A stretch of 64,000 bases of DNA, from positions 17,422,001-17,486,000 of the forward strand of contig JBHGNT010000013.1 in the NCBI GenBank assembly GCA_043228905.1. Direction: 5' to 3'. The position numbers and the translations under genes are program-made. This document shows, one piece after another, positions 1 through 12,149 of this stretch. Positions within the stretch are counted from its first letter, which is position 1. Each line of letters begins with the position of its first letter. The notes below the pieces were generated by a model. That model saw only the letters and a program-made list of their open reading frames with translations, had not been told where the DNA came from and made no database searches. Source of the DNA: Azolla caroliniana. Its lineage: Eukaryota; Plantae; Polypodiophyta.

Positions 1-1345
1 GATAAGGTTGTTGATGGTCTAGCTAGGCCGAATGAAGAAGAGGGGGTCTGGTTTGGGTGGTTTTGTAGGTGAGGGTGATGCACAAATTATCCGTGGCAGG
101 TGCCCATCGAATGAGTATCGTTTGTGGGGCAACCTAAGTGCTTTGTCAGACAATGGCCAGTGGTTGGTAGTGTTGGAAGGTAAGAAGTGGCAAGTAAACC
201 CGGACCCAAGGAAGCTTGAAACTGATTGTAAACTTTGGATAGTTGACAACAAGCCCATATCTGATTTGGATTGGGATCCACTAGAGGTGTGGTGATAGAA
301 ACCGGGAACAGACAAACTGGAAAGGTTTTTCGAGTACAGTACTAAGCTAGGAAGGCAAATCATTGGCTCCAAATCAATGGGCGCTGCTCTAACTCCCAAT
401 AGTTGGAGGGATAAAGGAATATCTGATGACTTGTTGAAGTAGTTTTGGAGGAGACTATGGGCGTTCGATATGCTAGAAAAAATAAAGCTTTGGTTGTGGT
501 TTCTTAGTCATAAAGCGATACCAATGGGAGAGTGGCTGAGGTGTCGTGGTGGTGAGGCTGGTTGCAAGATATGTGGACACCCTTTGGAATCAATCCCTCA
601 CTGCTTTTGGAATTTCAGAGAGGCTATTAGCATTTGGGATAGAAGTCTTAGGATAGTGGTAGCATGCGGTGTGAATGGGAGAGTTGTATGGGGGTCCTTA
701 CAAGGGCTGAAGTTAACAGGGGAAGGCTGGGCTGAACAGTTAAACCCCCACGGTCATGGATTTATAGTGCAGGGTGGCAAGGTATTTCAACGTGCTGGAG
801 TTTGACCTGGCACTAACTCAAATTTTTGTGAAGCGATATGGATGATGGTGTCTTGTTTATTGGTCTGGCACAGTTGGACCAGGTGTGGTAAGTTTGTTTT
901 TCATTAGCAAAAGCTCCCTAGCGGTGAGGTGTTGTTAAATATCTAGATCGAGCTGGTATCTTGATTGTGGGGACGGTACGACTTGATTCATGGGGAATCT
1001 AATGTAGCTGAAAGAGCTCGGTCAAAGTTCTTGCTGAAATGGGGTAGTTCTCCTATGGTGGGCAGATCATCATCAAGGTCTGAATGGAACTACCAAGCAC
1101 CCTGATGGCTGTTTCTGCCAATGGCTTCCATTAGTGACTGGGTGCTGTAAATATGTATAGATATGGTACAAGTTAATTACTAGGTTATAGGAGTTGTTGG
1201 GATACTTTTGTTGAAAATGAGGTGGGGACTATGACCACTTTGGTGAGAAGGCCAGAGTGAGGGTTGCTGAAATTTTGGTGGTCTATGATGTACTTTGTTT
1301 GCTAACTAATGCGATGTAGTGTTTTTTTTTGGGAAAAAAAAACTT
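1..1345 (+). mobile_element. Decayed LINE (family A), 3' part of ORF2 with zf-RVT domain, plus probable 3' UTR
   Basis: Broken frames give ...ISDLDWDPLE, KIKLWLWFLSHKAIP and CKICGHPLESIPHCFW (CCHC zf-RVT). The end reads ...P*WLFLP, similar to PRWLFPP of the 27 kb copy. A T/A tract and (TA)n follow at about 1322-1380. Confidence 0.8.
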
Positions 1346-1389
1346 TATATATATATACATATATGTATATATATGTATATGTGGCTTTT

Positions 1390-2150
1390 TAATCTCTTTT
1401 CTCTGTGCTACAATCAAGGATACTCTCTTGTTTTCTTGACTAGTTAACCACTCAATCTTTGCTAGATTCCTATCCTTATGTTCATCCATCATCTCGTTGT
1501 TCAAAACTCCAACAATTCTTCCCTAGGCTCGCAAAGTGAGTGATTAGTTCTTTGTTGTTTCATGTGAAAGGCATTGTGAGTCAAGTCCCATAGTTCCGCC
1601 ATAAGTATGTGTAAGTTTGAACTAGATATAGCGAAGTTAATTTTTGACACTTGTATAGTTTGTCCATATGTATATTTTATACTCCAAAGCTTCTGAACAA
1701 GAAATGTTCAAAATATCACCACTCTTTTCAAGAAAATTATTTCTAAGGAGGGAGAGTGTTAAGCATTTGCCAAACATTTCACCTCCTATGCTATGGTCTC
1801 AGTGACCCCTTGGAGATGTAGGACAATAAAGAGAATGAGCTACACATTGCAAAAGGGTATAAAGTTAATATCTATAAATCTTTATACCCTCCCAAATCAG
1901 AAAGATACATAATTATAATAATGTTAAATAACTATAATCCTTTTGTTGGGTTTCTTTCTCATTATACTCATAGGGCTAGGGCTCAAGCTTAAACATTTTG
2001 TTCTCTCTTAATCATATTCCTAATATTTAGCTCTAAGCTATACCTTTTTATCTAACTCAGTTCGTGATTCTTTAAGATGATTACTGGAAGCTAAACCATG
2101 TTGGTGAATTCATGTGTCTTCATTCTCTAAGGAGCATCATCAAACATGGT
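1390..2150 (+). mobile_element. Highly decayed copia-like 3' end: possible RNase H remnant, PPT and LTR
   Basis: Purine tract AAGGAGGGAGAG followed by TGTTAAG at about 1757, with a TATA-like CTATAAA downstream. Upstream sequence only weakly resembles RNase H. Confidence 0.35.
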
Positions 2151-3216
2151 AATTTCTCACGTGTTTAATTTTGGCATTAATCGTGTGAATGTGATTAAGT
2201 CATAGAGTACGATTAAAGATTGCTCGAATATATAGGTTATATGTCATTAACTAATAGTGGCTAACACCGGCTCTCCCCCATCTCACCAATAAAAGGGTAG
2301 ACACAGATAAAGTTATCAAGAAGACCCAAGTAGTAAGTAGTATCTTGGTGATAACACTGGAATACACTATAGAGAGTAATATCTTAATACCAATAGAGTG
2401 AGTGAGACACAATTTGAGGGGAGCCCTCCTAGGTGTTCAACTTGCATTGGACTTGCCCAAAAAGACTCTCGACAATGCTTCGAGAGAATTTGAGCCTCGA
2501 GATTCAGATCATGTTATCTCTTGAAACTACAATAGAAGGGGGCATTAACATCAAACAAATTTCAATGAAAAACATAACGTTAAAAGTCTCGAAAAAATGG
2601 GCAACACTAACCCAAATGCGATGCACTGCTTGCATTTTTGACGGATGGTACCTACATTTCAATGCAATCCCCCCTGAACGAGTTCTCTAACTAATTGAAT
2701 GGGTGATGGCGATATATTCCATGGCTCCACAATCCTTGAAAAGATATACAATGGCGGTGTTTAGTCATTGATCCAAAATGTGTCAATGGGTATTTCTAGC
2801 TAGCTATGCATTAATATAGTTTGATCAAGGATTTCTCATCCATTAATTCGGTTTCTTCACACAGTTGAAGACATGGGTCCCTTGTTGCAGTGTAATGTCT
2901 AAACATTTAGCATAAAGTTTTATAAATGTGTCTGTATCAGTATGTATGCATAGGCCAAAATTAAATGGATTGTGGGTGGGAAGCATGGCAATTGCATAGC
3001 ATACAGATTGTTTCAAAACTTCTGGGGGAATCCATGTTTCATTATTGAGAATCCATGGCAGATGTCATGTGCTCAACCCTTGCCATTCAATTGGTGTCAT
3101 CTCCGGGATTCAGTGAAAACCTAGTTAGATTTTGAATGGAACCTGTAAATGCATATATGTTATGTGCCCATCTCTGAAGGTGGAAGCCATGCCTCAAGGT
3201 TTTGGATGATTGATTG

Positions 3217-5361
3217 ATGCAGAGGAAGAACCCTTACACCAGAGGCCTCATCCTCTCTCTTCTAAAGGACTGCACCAAAACAAAGAACCTAGGCTCCACC
3301 AGGGAAGCTTATTCTCTCATTGTCAAAACAGGGTTTGATTCAGTTTCCTTCTATGGTGACCATCTCATCAGGAGTTTGGCATCATGTGGAAGCTTCTGTG
3401 AAGCTCACCATGTCTTCAGTGTCCTGCCATGTAGGACAGTGCACACCTGGCATGCCATCATGTCTGCATCTACGAAGCTCGGTGATGGGCACTCTGCCCT
3501 CATGTTCTTCGATCATATGTCCAGTCAAGGAATACGCCCAGACAAGTATGTGCTTACATGCTATTTCAAGGCATGTGGCCTTGTTAAAGATTTGCATAGG
3601 GCCATGATCATGCATAATGTGGTGATGACTGGTGGCCATGATTCTTCAGAGGCTGTCGGAAGCGCTCTCATAGATATGTATATGATGTTCGATCGGATAG
3701 ATGAGGGCTTGCAAGTCTTTGAGACTTTATCTTGCCGAGATGTCGTCTCATGGGAGACAGCGATCTCAGGATTGGTGGGGAAATCTGATGGCCTTCGTGC
3801 CATAGGGTTGTTTGAGAAAATGCTCAGAGAGGGTGTCAAGCCAACCAAAGTTGGGTATTTCTCAGTGTTTAAAGCATGTAGAGTCACTGGAGCTATTAGC
3901 TATGGTATGCAGATACATGCGCTTCTAATTGAAAATAACGAACAAATGGATTCAAAGGTTGCTAACACCCTCATTGACATGTATGCCCGCAATGCCGGGA
4001 GCCTCGATGATGCGTATAAAGTATTCATTTCTGTTCCTGATCGAGACATCATATCGTGGTGTGTAATCATCGCTGGATATGCACAACATGAACATGGGCT
4101 TGTTGCTCTTGGCTTGTTCAAGAAGATGCTTACCGATGGTGTCAAACCGGACAAAGTGGTGTTCCTTTGTGCGTTGAAAGCATGTGAAGGCCTGGAATCG
4201 CTTCGGCATGGTCAAATGATTCACGATCTTATTGTCCAATTTGGAATAGTGTCAGATGTGGTACTAATAAATACCCTTGTAGACATGTATGCAAAGTGTG
4301 GGGGTCTTATAGAAGCACGTAGACTATTCGATCAGTTACCAAACCCAACTGAAGTGTCATGTAATGCTATAATTGGTGGGTATGCACGAGATGGGGATGT
4401 AGAGCAAGTCATGGAGATCTATAAATATATGAAAAAACTAGGATTGGAACCAACAATAGCCACATACATTTTGATGCTTAAAGCTTTTAAGAGCATAAAA
4501 GGCATTAAACAAAGTCGAACAATCCATGCTGAAATGATCGAGAGGAGTCTTGAGATAGATTTAATGGTAGGAAACACTTTAATGGATGTGTACAGTAAGT
4601 GTGGATGCTTACCTGAAGCATTTAATATCTTCCAAGGAATGCCGAGCCATAATGAAATTTCATGGGGCATCATAATCACAGCCACTGTCGAGAATGGATG
4701 TGATCTTCTTGCCCTTTCATGCTTCAATGAGATGTTGAAAGAGGGTACTCAGCCAGATAAGGTTACATTTTTAAGTATATTGAAAGCATGTGGTCACATA
4801 GGGGCCATAATGCAAGGAAAACATATACATGGGAAAATCGTGATAAGTGGTATTGAGCAAGATCAGGCCATAAATAATAGCCTAATAGATATGTATTGCA
4901 AATGTGGAGGTATACTTGAGGCAACCAAAATCTTTGCATGTCTGCATAGTAGAGATACTGCTTCATGGGGGATGATGTTATCAGGATGTGCATTATATGG
5001 ATCCTTCGATTTATTAGGCAAAAATCTTCGAGCAATGCAAGATGAGGGGATAAAGATGAACAATGAAGTGTTCACGAGCATTCTCTCTACATGTAGCCAT
5101 GCAGGCATATCGGATGTGATGAACCATACATATTTTCAGCATATTTATGGAAATTCTAATGACCAATCTAGTGGTAGTGTGGAACATTATAGTTGTGTAG
5201 TAGATAGTCTTGGGCGTTTAGGGTATCTTCAAGAAGCGACCAACTTGCTTCACACAATGCCGATCACACCCAACAATGTTTCATGGATGGGCTTGCTTTC
5301 TAGCTCGAACACCTATGGTAATCTGGGGTTAGGAAACACATGCTTTGCTCATGATGTATAG
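3217..5361 (+). CDS. PLS-class pentatricopeptide repeat protein, ending inside the E1 motif (no E2/DYW)
   Basis: Intronless ORF; the first ATG is 3217. Repeated P-L-S triplets (NTLVDMYAKCG..EARRLFDQL, RDIISW..II.GYAQH, GVKPDKVVFLCALKAC), then VEHYSCVVDSLGRLG..EA (S2) and SWMGLLSS..YGNL.LG (E1). Confidence 0.93.
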   Translation: MQRKNPYTRGLILSLLKDCTKTKNLGSTREAYSLIVKTGFDSVSFYGDHLIRSLASCGSFCEAHHVFSVLPCRTVHTWHAIMSASTKLGDGHSALMFFDHMSSQGIRPDKYVLTCYFKACGLVKDLHRAMIMHNVVMTGGHDSSEAVGSALIDMYMMFDRIDEGLQVFETLSCRDVVSWETAISGLVGKSDGLRAIGLFEKMLREGVKPTKVGYFSVFKACRVTGAISYGMQIHALLIENNEQMDSKVANTLIDMYARNAGSLDDAYKVFISVPDRDIISWCVIIAGYAQHEHGLVALGLFKKMLTDGVKPDKVVFLCALKACEGLESLRHGQMIHDLIVQFGIVSDVVLINTLVDMYAKCGGLIEARRLFDQLPNPTEVSCNAIIGGYARDGDVEQVMEIYKYMKKLGLEPTIATYILMLKAFKSIKGIKQSRTIHAEMIERSLEIDLMVGNTLMDVYSKCGCLPEAFNIFQGMPSHNEISWGIIITATVENGCDLLALSCFNEMLKEGTQPDKVTFLSILKACGHIGAIMQGKHIHGKIVISGIEQDQAINNSLIDMYCKCGGILEATKIFACLHSRDTASWGMMLSGCALYGSFDLLGKNLRAMQDEGIKMNNEVFTSILSTCSHAGISDVMNHTYFQHIYGNSNDQSSGSVEHYSCVVDSLGRLGYLQEATNLLHTMPITPNNVSWMGLLSSSNTYGNLGLGNTCFAHDV

Positions 5362-5860
5362 GGAAACATTACAAGTAATGTGGAACGTTATATTGTGTTA
5401 TAGATAGTCTTGGGCAGTCCAAGTATCTTCAAGAAGTGATCAGCATGCTTCACATAATACTGATCATAGCCAACAAAGTTTCATGGATGGGATTGCTTTC
5501 TAGTTCTAATACCTACCAAAATCTGGGGCTCGAAAACACTTGTTTTGCTCGTGACATATGTATAGGGAAACTCTAAAAGTATTTATTGATAGAGACACAA
5601 ATTGCAAATTTCAAAATTGACAAACATTAAAAGTAGCATGGAAGGTTATAGTTGTGTTATAGATATTCTTGGGCATTTGAAATATTGTCAAGATGTGATC
5701 AGCATGCATCACATGATACACAACAAAGTTTCATGGATGGGCTTGCTTCTTAGCTCTAACACCTATGGTAATCTGGGGCTAGGAATACCTATTTTGCTCG
5801 TGGCATATAGGGAAAAACCCTAAAAGTATTTATTGATAGAGACACAAATTGCAAACATCA
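5170..5860 (+). repeat. Three tandem copies (about 200-250 bp) of the PPR S2/E1-coding 3' end; copies 2 and 3 are decayed
   Basis: GTTTCATGGATGGG.TTGCTT...AGCTC/TTC.AA.ACCTA recurs near 5280, 5480 and 5730. ORF 5602-5823 repeats EGYSCVIDILG..KVSWMGLL.SSNTYGNLGLG. Confidence 0.92.
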
Positions 5861-6951
5861 AAATGGATTCATCAAGTGGAGACATAAATTTTGGGAGCTT
5901 GAAATGGATTCAATGGTAGAAACATCAGTTTCACCGGTATGGATTGGACTGAAATTTTCGTAACAAGATCGTGAGTGCCATTATTACATAGTGCTGAAAA
6001 AGAGGATTATAGAGCAAAACAAGTGATTTAAACAACATTTCAAAATTCAAGAAAAACTTTCTTAAAATTAACACCCAAATGTCTATTTGGTTGAGTGAAG
6101 CCGTGGAGTTGTGATTATAGTGTGTTTTTGAGGGACGTAAACATTGTTTTCTTGTTTTTTGTTTCTTTTCATTCATGCAATGGCAAAATGAAAGTAGCAA
6201 ATCATTATTATACATAATAGAGAGACAACCTTTTGAAGAGTAAATTTGAGAAGCAAAGATTATACATGGTGTTAAACTAGAAACATGAAACACCTTTTAC
6301 AATGAACATGTATGTGAGCAATGACCATGCTTTACAATGCTTTATCCATTTTCTCCATTGGACATGATGGTTAACAAAAGTGGCAACCTTTTACGTGAAG
6401 TTGTGTAGCCTCATAGTAGTGTGGTGAATTTGGCTGGATACGGGCCCATTAATTGATGGACATGATTACCTAGATTGCTAGATTTTGGATAGTTATGGTG
6501 TGGACGTAGATCTAGGGTTCGATCAATATACAAAGCTCTAGAAATGTTGTAGTTTCTTCTTTTGCTAAGGGACATATAGTAAGCAACAAATTACAAAAAG
6601 GGGATTCAACTGCCCTGTTTTCACAAATGGCTCCACTGACATGAAAAGTGAGATCTAGAAAATGAGTATCTTAAAGATTTAATACACTATGAATATGTAG
6701 CTAGATAGTATCAGTAGACAATGTTTTGAAATGAATATAACCGTTTTTGCATATCAATCTTTTCAATAGCTAGATAATATGGTACTTCCCTAGTTACATG
6801 AAGAAGGGAAATAGAATGAACTAGGTTGTGAAGGTGAGGTCAAAAAGTTTTAAGAGTTTTTTTTGGGTTTGATAGGTTAGTAAGCACTTATAATGATAAA
6901 TTTATTTGAACGAGGAACATCAACAGGAGGATAAATTGTGTTGTGGAACCC

Positions 6952-7243
6952 CATATATAGGGATTGGATTTTCGTTTTTCGCATCATATATGATTATGAC
7001 AATCAACTAAATTGATCCCAACGATGCACAAGGGATATATTGTGGTTTGTAAACTCATATATAGGCATTGAATCTTCACTTTTCACATCATATATGATTA
7101 TGACAATAAACTAAATTGATCCCAATGATGCCGCACAAAGGGACATATTGTGCTTTGTAACTTCATATATTGGCATTGAATCTTCATTTTCCACATCATA
7201 TACGATTACAACAATCAATTAAACCGATCCCAACGATGCACAA
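6952..7243. repeat. Tandem repeat, about 105-bp unit, about 2.7 copies
   Basis: CATCATATA.GATTA..ACAAT.AA.TAAA..GATCCCAA.GATGC recurs; units start at about 6952, 7056 and 7164. Confidence 0.85.
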
Positions 7244-7387
7244 CATATGCTTTAGAAAACAACACTTTTCCCTCAATACGGCTAAGAATGCCAAATAGGC
7301 CGAAGCCCAAGTATTCCAATGAGCCAAACCCCAAGTATTTGGGGCCCGATTACTTATGCCCTAGAGGATCAAAGAGTGGCCAATCCA

Positions 7388-7846
7388 ACAAATAAAAGAA
7401 AAACCTCCAAGGGTATGCGATATAATATACATAAAATTAAGAAGCAATCTCTCTTTGTCCTTCTTCTGACTTATTTACTTCTCTCTCTTAGAGAACTACA
7501 AGATCAGTATCCCGAGGAGCCCAGGAGCATTCTCCGACAAATAAAAGAAAAAACCTCCAAGGGTATGCAATATAATATACCAGGGGCATTCTCCGACAAA
7601 TAAAAGAAAAACCTCCAAGGGTATGCGATATAGTATACATAAAATTCAGAAGCAATCTCTCTTTCTTCTTCTTCCGACTTATTTACTTCTCTCTCTCTTT
7701 CAGAGAAAGAGAACTACAGGATCAGTATCCCGAGGAGCCCAGGGGCATTCTTCGACAAATAAAAGAAAAGCCTCCAAGGGTATGCGATATAATATGCATA
7801 AAATTCAGAAGCAATCTCTCTTTCTTCTTCTTCTTCTGACTTATTT

Positions 7847-7880
<34 letters not shown>
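7388..7880 (+). repeat. Tandem repeats (about 150-160-bp units plus one short unit) in the promoter/5' region of the TMEM50 gene, ending in (CT)n
   Basis: ACAAATAAAAGAAAA..CTCCAAGGGTATGC at 7388, 7537, 7596 and 7755. CT tract at about 7849-7880. Confidence 0.9.
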
Positions 7881-7883
<3 letters not shown>

Positions 7884-7956
7884 TGTGTTTGTTTCAGAGA
7901 CAGAGGAACAATAGAGAGGAGGATTGTCTGTTTGTTCTGCAATTGCATCCCTGTCG

Positions 7957-10289
7957 ATGGAGTGGTCTGAGCTATGGTGCATCTTTGGCCCTGGCCTCTC
8001 TGGGGCTTTCTTTGGAGCGGGATGGTGGTTCTGGGTGGATGCAGTGGCTTGTAGCTCTTCCTCTGTTTCTTTTCTTCACTACTTACCAGGTAAGTATTTG
8101 AACTAAATAGAGAGAAACAATAACAAATATTTTTCTCCTTCTCTGTTATTTTTCTTTCTCTTCCTTTTGTTTCAGATTTATGTACCCTTATTGTCATGAA
8201 ACAAGGGCATACCATAGTCAAATCTTCTATAATCCACCGTAAATTGTTAGATCATGGCCCATCAAAACTATATATATTTGATCTATTTTATTATTTTTAT
8301 TTTGGCTTTGGATATTTTCTTTGTCAAATACTTCAAATTTCTATTTTGTGTTCTTTGTTTTCATATGAAAAGCTTAATATTCTTTAATTCTTTATTAATG
8401 CAAATGACATGTTTTCAAGATCTTGATCATGACCCATGTTGGTTGTTAAGAGCATGAGATACTAAAATCAATCTTGCAAATTATCCACTATAGAATTCTC
8501 TCTAATAATACTAATAGTTATAATGTAAATCTGGGAATCAGTTTAAGAGCATGATATTGAGGCAATTTCTTTCTATGATCCTCCGTCATGGATTTTAAGA
8601 TCATGACATACTGAAAAATCTTGCTGTTGACCCACCAGTGCTTCTTAGAGCATAGTTGAAAATATTTTGTTATCGATACTATGGGGAGTAGACTAAAGCC
8701 TTAGAACATGCCTGATCAGCAGATATTTGTGCCCCATAACATTTTCCTTATTGATGATTTGATATAATGTGTGATCAGAAGAGGAATGAGGCTATAGGAA
8801 ATAGGTCCAAATTGGTGGATATTCAAGCCTTGTTAATAGTGTGCGAATGACACAATTAGAAGCTGAACAAGGCTAAGGATAGGCCCAAGGTCCAAATTGG
8901 TGGATATTCAAGCCTTGTTAATAGTGTGCGAATGACACAATTAGAAGCTGAACAAGGCTAAGGATAGGCCCAATCTTGTGGATTTTCCATTAGTCTCATG
9001 TCCGTTGCACGGGGGTTGGTTGGTTTGGTTAAACACCCTTAATTCATTTTTCTCTCAATCTCTTATTCATGTGCTCAGCATTAATACAATCTGTGATGCA
9101 AAGTACAAGATTAGGAACCTAACCCTCCAATGTCTACTCAAATGATCGGCTCATAATTACATCATTAGCACAATGTTACAAGACCTAAACATTTTCTGAT
9201 CAAGCCTTGATTAACTCCTAATAACACCATTAGCGAATGTTAAAGATGCCCAAATTATGCACTGAGCATTATGTTATACCTTGGTTGTTATGATAACCGA
9301 TCCTAAGAAAGCTTAGCCTCACCAATAGAGTCTCGACAGTGTCTCAAGATGCCACAATGAAGGAAGTAGCTAGTCCCCTTTACATAGCTCAAAACCTAAG
9401 GCTTCCACACCGCCACATGTTCCCATGTGTCTTATCCTTATGGGTTTGTTCCAAATCCTAGGACAAACCGGTTTCCCGACTATCCAACCATTAACCCATT
9501 AAAATTAGCTATAGAATTAGTTCATATTGTATGCCTATAGCACTTTGGTTTAATTAATTTTCTTTAATTATGTTAAATGGACGAGTTAGAACCAAATCTT
9601 TAATAGTTGCCCATCACTTGTTGTGAATAATCTCAGGGTTTCAGTCCATTATTAATTTGATCCCTCTTGAATAACTTGGGTTTGCTGTGTGTTATAAATC
9701 CTCTTTGATCGTAACACAATGTTTTCGGGAGAGAAAAAGTTTCTATCTTGGCAAATGAGGGTATATCAATGAAGTCATGTCTAGATATGTTTTTCTTCTC
9801 TTGTATTGTGTCTGACTGCCATTTATGGCAATTGAGGGCCAGAATTGAACTCCCAACTAAGTGGTGTAAAGAGAAAAAATCATCTTAGCATATTACCTTT
9901 CTCAGTTCTTGTTTTGCTTATTATTATTATTATTGCATTTGGCAACAACCAGCAGTTTGTACAATGAAAGAACATACCTCTTGTGTTTACGAAAATGATG
10001 AGAAATATCTTCTGGCATAAAAACACCATCGTTCTGTCAGAGCTCATGCATTGTTCTTCTACTTTTTCTTCATATCAAGAGATTTTCTTTGGTGTTTTGC
10101 TAGGGATTTTTGCTTCGTTTGCAGCACTGATGTTCAATTGTGTTCGGAGGGATGAGATCCAAGATTACTCTCCATATGATGATGGTGAAGGTTGCAGGTA
10201 TACTATTTAACCTTTTAACCACAATCTGTTCACTCTCTCTCGCTCTCTCTCTCTCTATATGTATCCATATCTATATCTATATCTACATC

Positions 10290-10346
<57 letters not shown>

Positions 10347-10890
10347 TTGTGTTGGTCATGAATGTCTGGATAAGGTCGATGCACATAATCATGCTATAGA
10401 ATTTGCTTTCTTTTATCTGTCTTCTATTAAAATTGGAAATTTTCATAGGACAAGGACATGGCTATTTCTGGCCTATGTAATCTCCTTTGTGTCGCTTGCG
10501 GGATCTGTTGGATTGCTCATTCAAGATGCACTGGTTGATACTGCAGCATCCACTTGGACCGGGGTAGCCGGTATACTACAATGTGTATCCATTCTGGCAA
10601 GGCAAGTTTCTATTTTCGACTGCTAACTTTTGGATATTTATGAATATACCCTCATCTTTTCAAAACACTAGCTTATGAATATTTCTCTGTATAACGAAGT
10701 TACAACTACGAAATGGTATTCTGGTAGGTTTTGAAAACTTAGGGAGTATTCTCGTCAATAGGCAAGTTTGAAACAAGTGTTTTTCATGATTTTGCTTGCA
10801 TAAAAGATTATCTGGAGGTTTCATATATTTGTCTCTTTTCAAGAATGCAGTGGTTTGATATATTGGACGTCGCGAACTGGAGAATATTGA
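7957..10890 (+). CDS. TMEM50: Transmembrane protein 50 homolog (UPF0220/Vps68 family), 139 aa; exons 7957-8089, 10104-10197, 10449-10601, 10851-10890
   Basis: Spliced product: MEWSELWCIFGPGLSGAFFGAGWWFWVDAVACSSSSVSFLHYLP/GIFASFAALMFNCVRRDEIQDYSPYDDGEGCR/TRTWLFLAYVISFVSLAGSVGLLIQD..STWTGVAGILQCVSILAS/GLIYWTSRTGEY*. This matches the recalled plant TMEM50 sequence pattern. Exon lengths 133+94+153+40=420 keep frame. Introns are GT-AG, GT-AG and GC-AG. Confidence 0.95.
8803..8973. repeat. Perfect 85-bp tandem duplication in TMEM50 intron 1
   Basis: AGGTCCAAATTGGTGGATATTCAAGCC...GGATAGGCCCA occurs at 8803 and 8888. Confidence 0.95.
10232..10342. repeat. Compound microsatellite (CT)n-(ATCTAT/TA)n-(TG)n in intron 2
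   Basis: Directly visible. Confidence 0.95.
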
Positions 10891-12149
10891 GAGTCACTTG
10901 TTAGAGACAATTTTTGCATATAGTTGGGATGGTGCTCGTCTTGTGTATACGGAACCATCCCGTACATGCATGCATTTGTATATTAATTTAACATGTGCTT
11001 TGAATGTGGAAGAAAAGAAGAGATCGTTATAAAAAGTTGGAATGTTTAAATACCAGTGTAGATTTTAACAGCAAATATATATATCCAACCATTCCAATCG
11101 GCTATTTTATTTGTCTGGTGTGCTGCTTCTGTATCACAGTTTCTTTTGTAAAAACCATGTTCCAATTAAAATTTCCCATGGCATGGCCTTCCCAAGTTGG
11201 GATTTAAAACCTTTGCACTCCTTGTTGATGGATATTATTTGGAGTAGTCAATTGATTCTATCTGTGTGGTTCAACAATACAAACATATAATTATCCTATG
11301 TATTCAAGAGTTCCATATCATGATGGGGGCTATGCTTACGGATTTTTAGGATGCTGTATTGATTTTGACGATGTGTTTCACTATTAGGGTAATAAATGCA
11401 CGTCTGCAAATTGTCCAAGACAAAAGCATGTCTTAATACAAACTTGTTGAATCCATGTGTTTATCCTTTTGATACTAACTTATAAAGCAAGCACTCGTTA
11501 AGAGTTGTATCAATTTATATAATTGTATTAGAATTCTGTGACGACAAGGTCAATATCTTCTTTACTATTTGCATGCTTCTACATTTAAAGTATCATGTGT
11601 TTTTTTCTTGGGATGTTGCATACTTGTAATTGCAGTGCTGTTTTTTTTCCTTGACCTCTTCTCATATCAATGTATCAGAATGATGACCTAGTGCTGTAAA
11701 CTGTCACAGTCATGGCTTGAATAGAGAGATTGTCTACAAAGATGAAAATACCTATTTCATATATTTTGAGCATAATCTGAAAGATTAACCTTTACATGCA
11801 TGAGGGTTATCAAGACCTTATTGCGAAAAATTACATAGACTGATGCAAGCCAGGAGTAAATTAAAAAATAAATTTATGTTTGTCATGGAACCATATTTCT
11901 AGCGTAGTGTCCTAAAGGGAAATCTTATTGTTTTTGCTCTATGTTTTGTGGAAGATGTGTCTCTATTGATGATGTAAACCCTTCTGAAGCAAGTGATAAA
12001 TATGCATGATCTGAACCATCAAATGTTGTGTTAAGACTTGAACCAGGTTGCAAATAATGAGTGGGCTTTTTAGAATTGTGAAAGCAATGATTGCAACAAA
12101 ATCAATATTATCACATGGCACTTGAACTTGAAATGTGTTCTGTAACAAA

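Noticed and set aside
2400-2900. Possible transposase remnant upstream of the PPR gene
   Set aside because: Only vague similarity and no continuous frame.
3320-5108. Short ORFs overlapping the PPR gene
   Set aside because: Shadow frames of the PPR CDS.
7319-7970. ORFs of 94 and 115 aa upstream of TMEM50
   Set aside because: Translations of the promoter tandem repeat and the CT tract.
9092-9616. Possible solo LTR in TMEM50 intron 1 (GTGATG...CATCAC)
   Set aside because: LTR-like composition, but no matching TSD and no second copy in the window.
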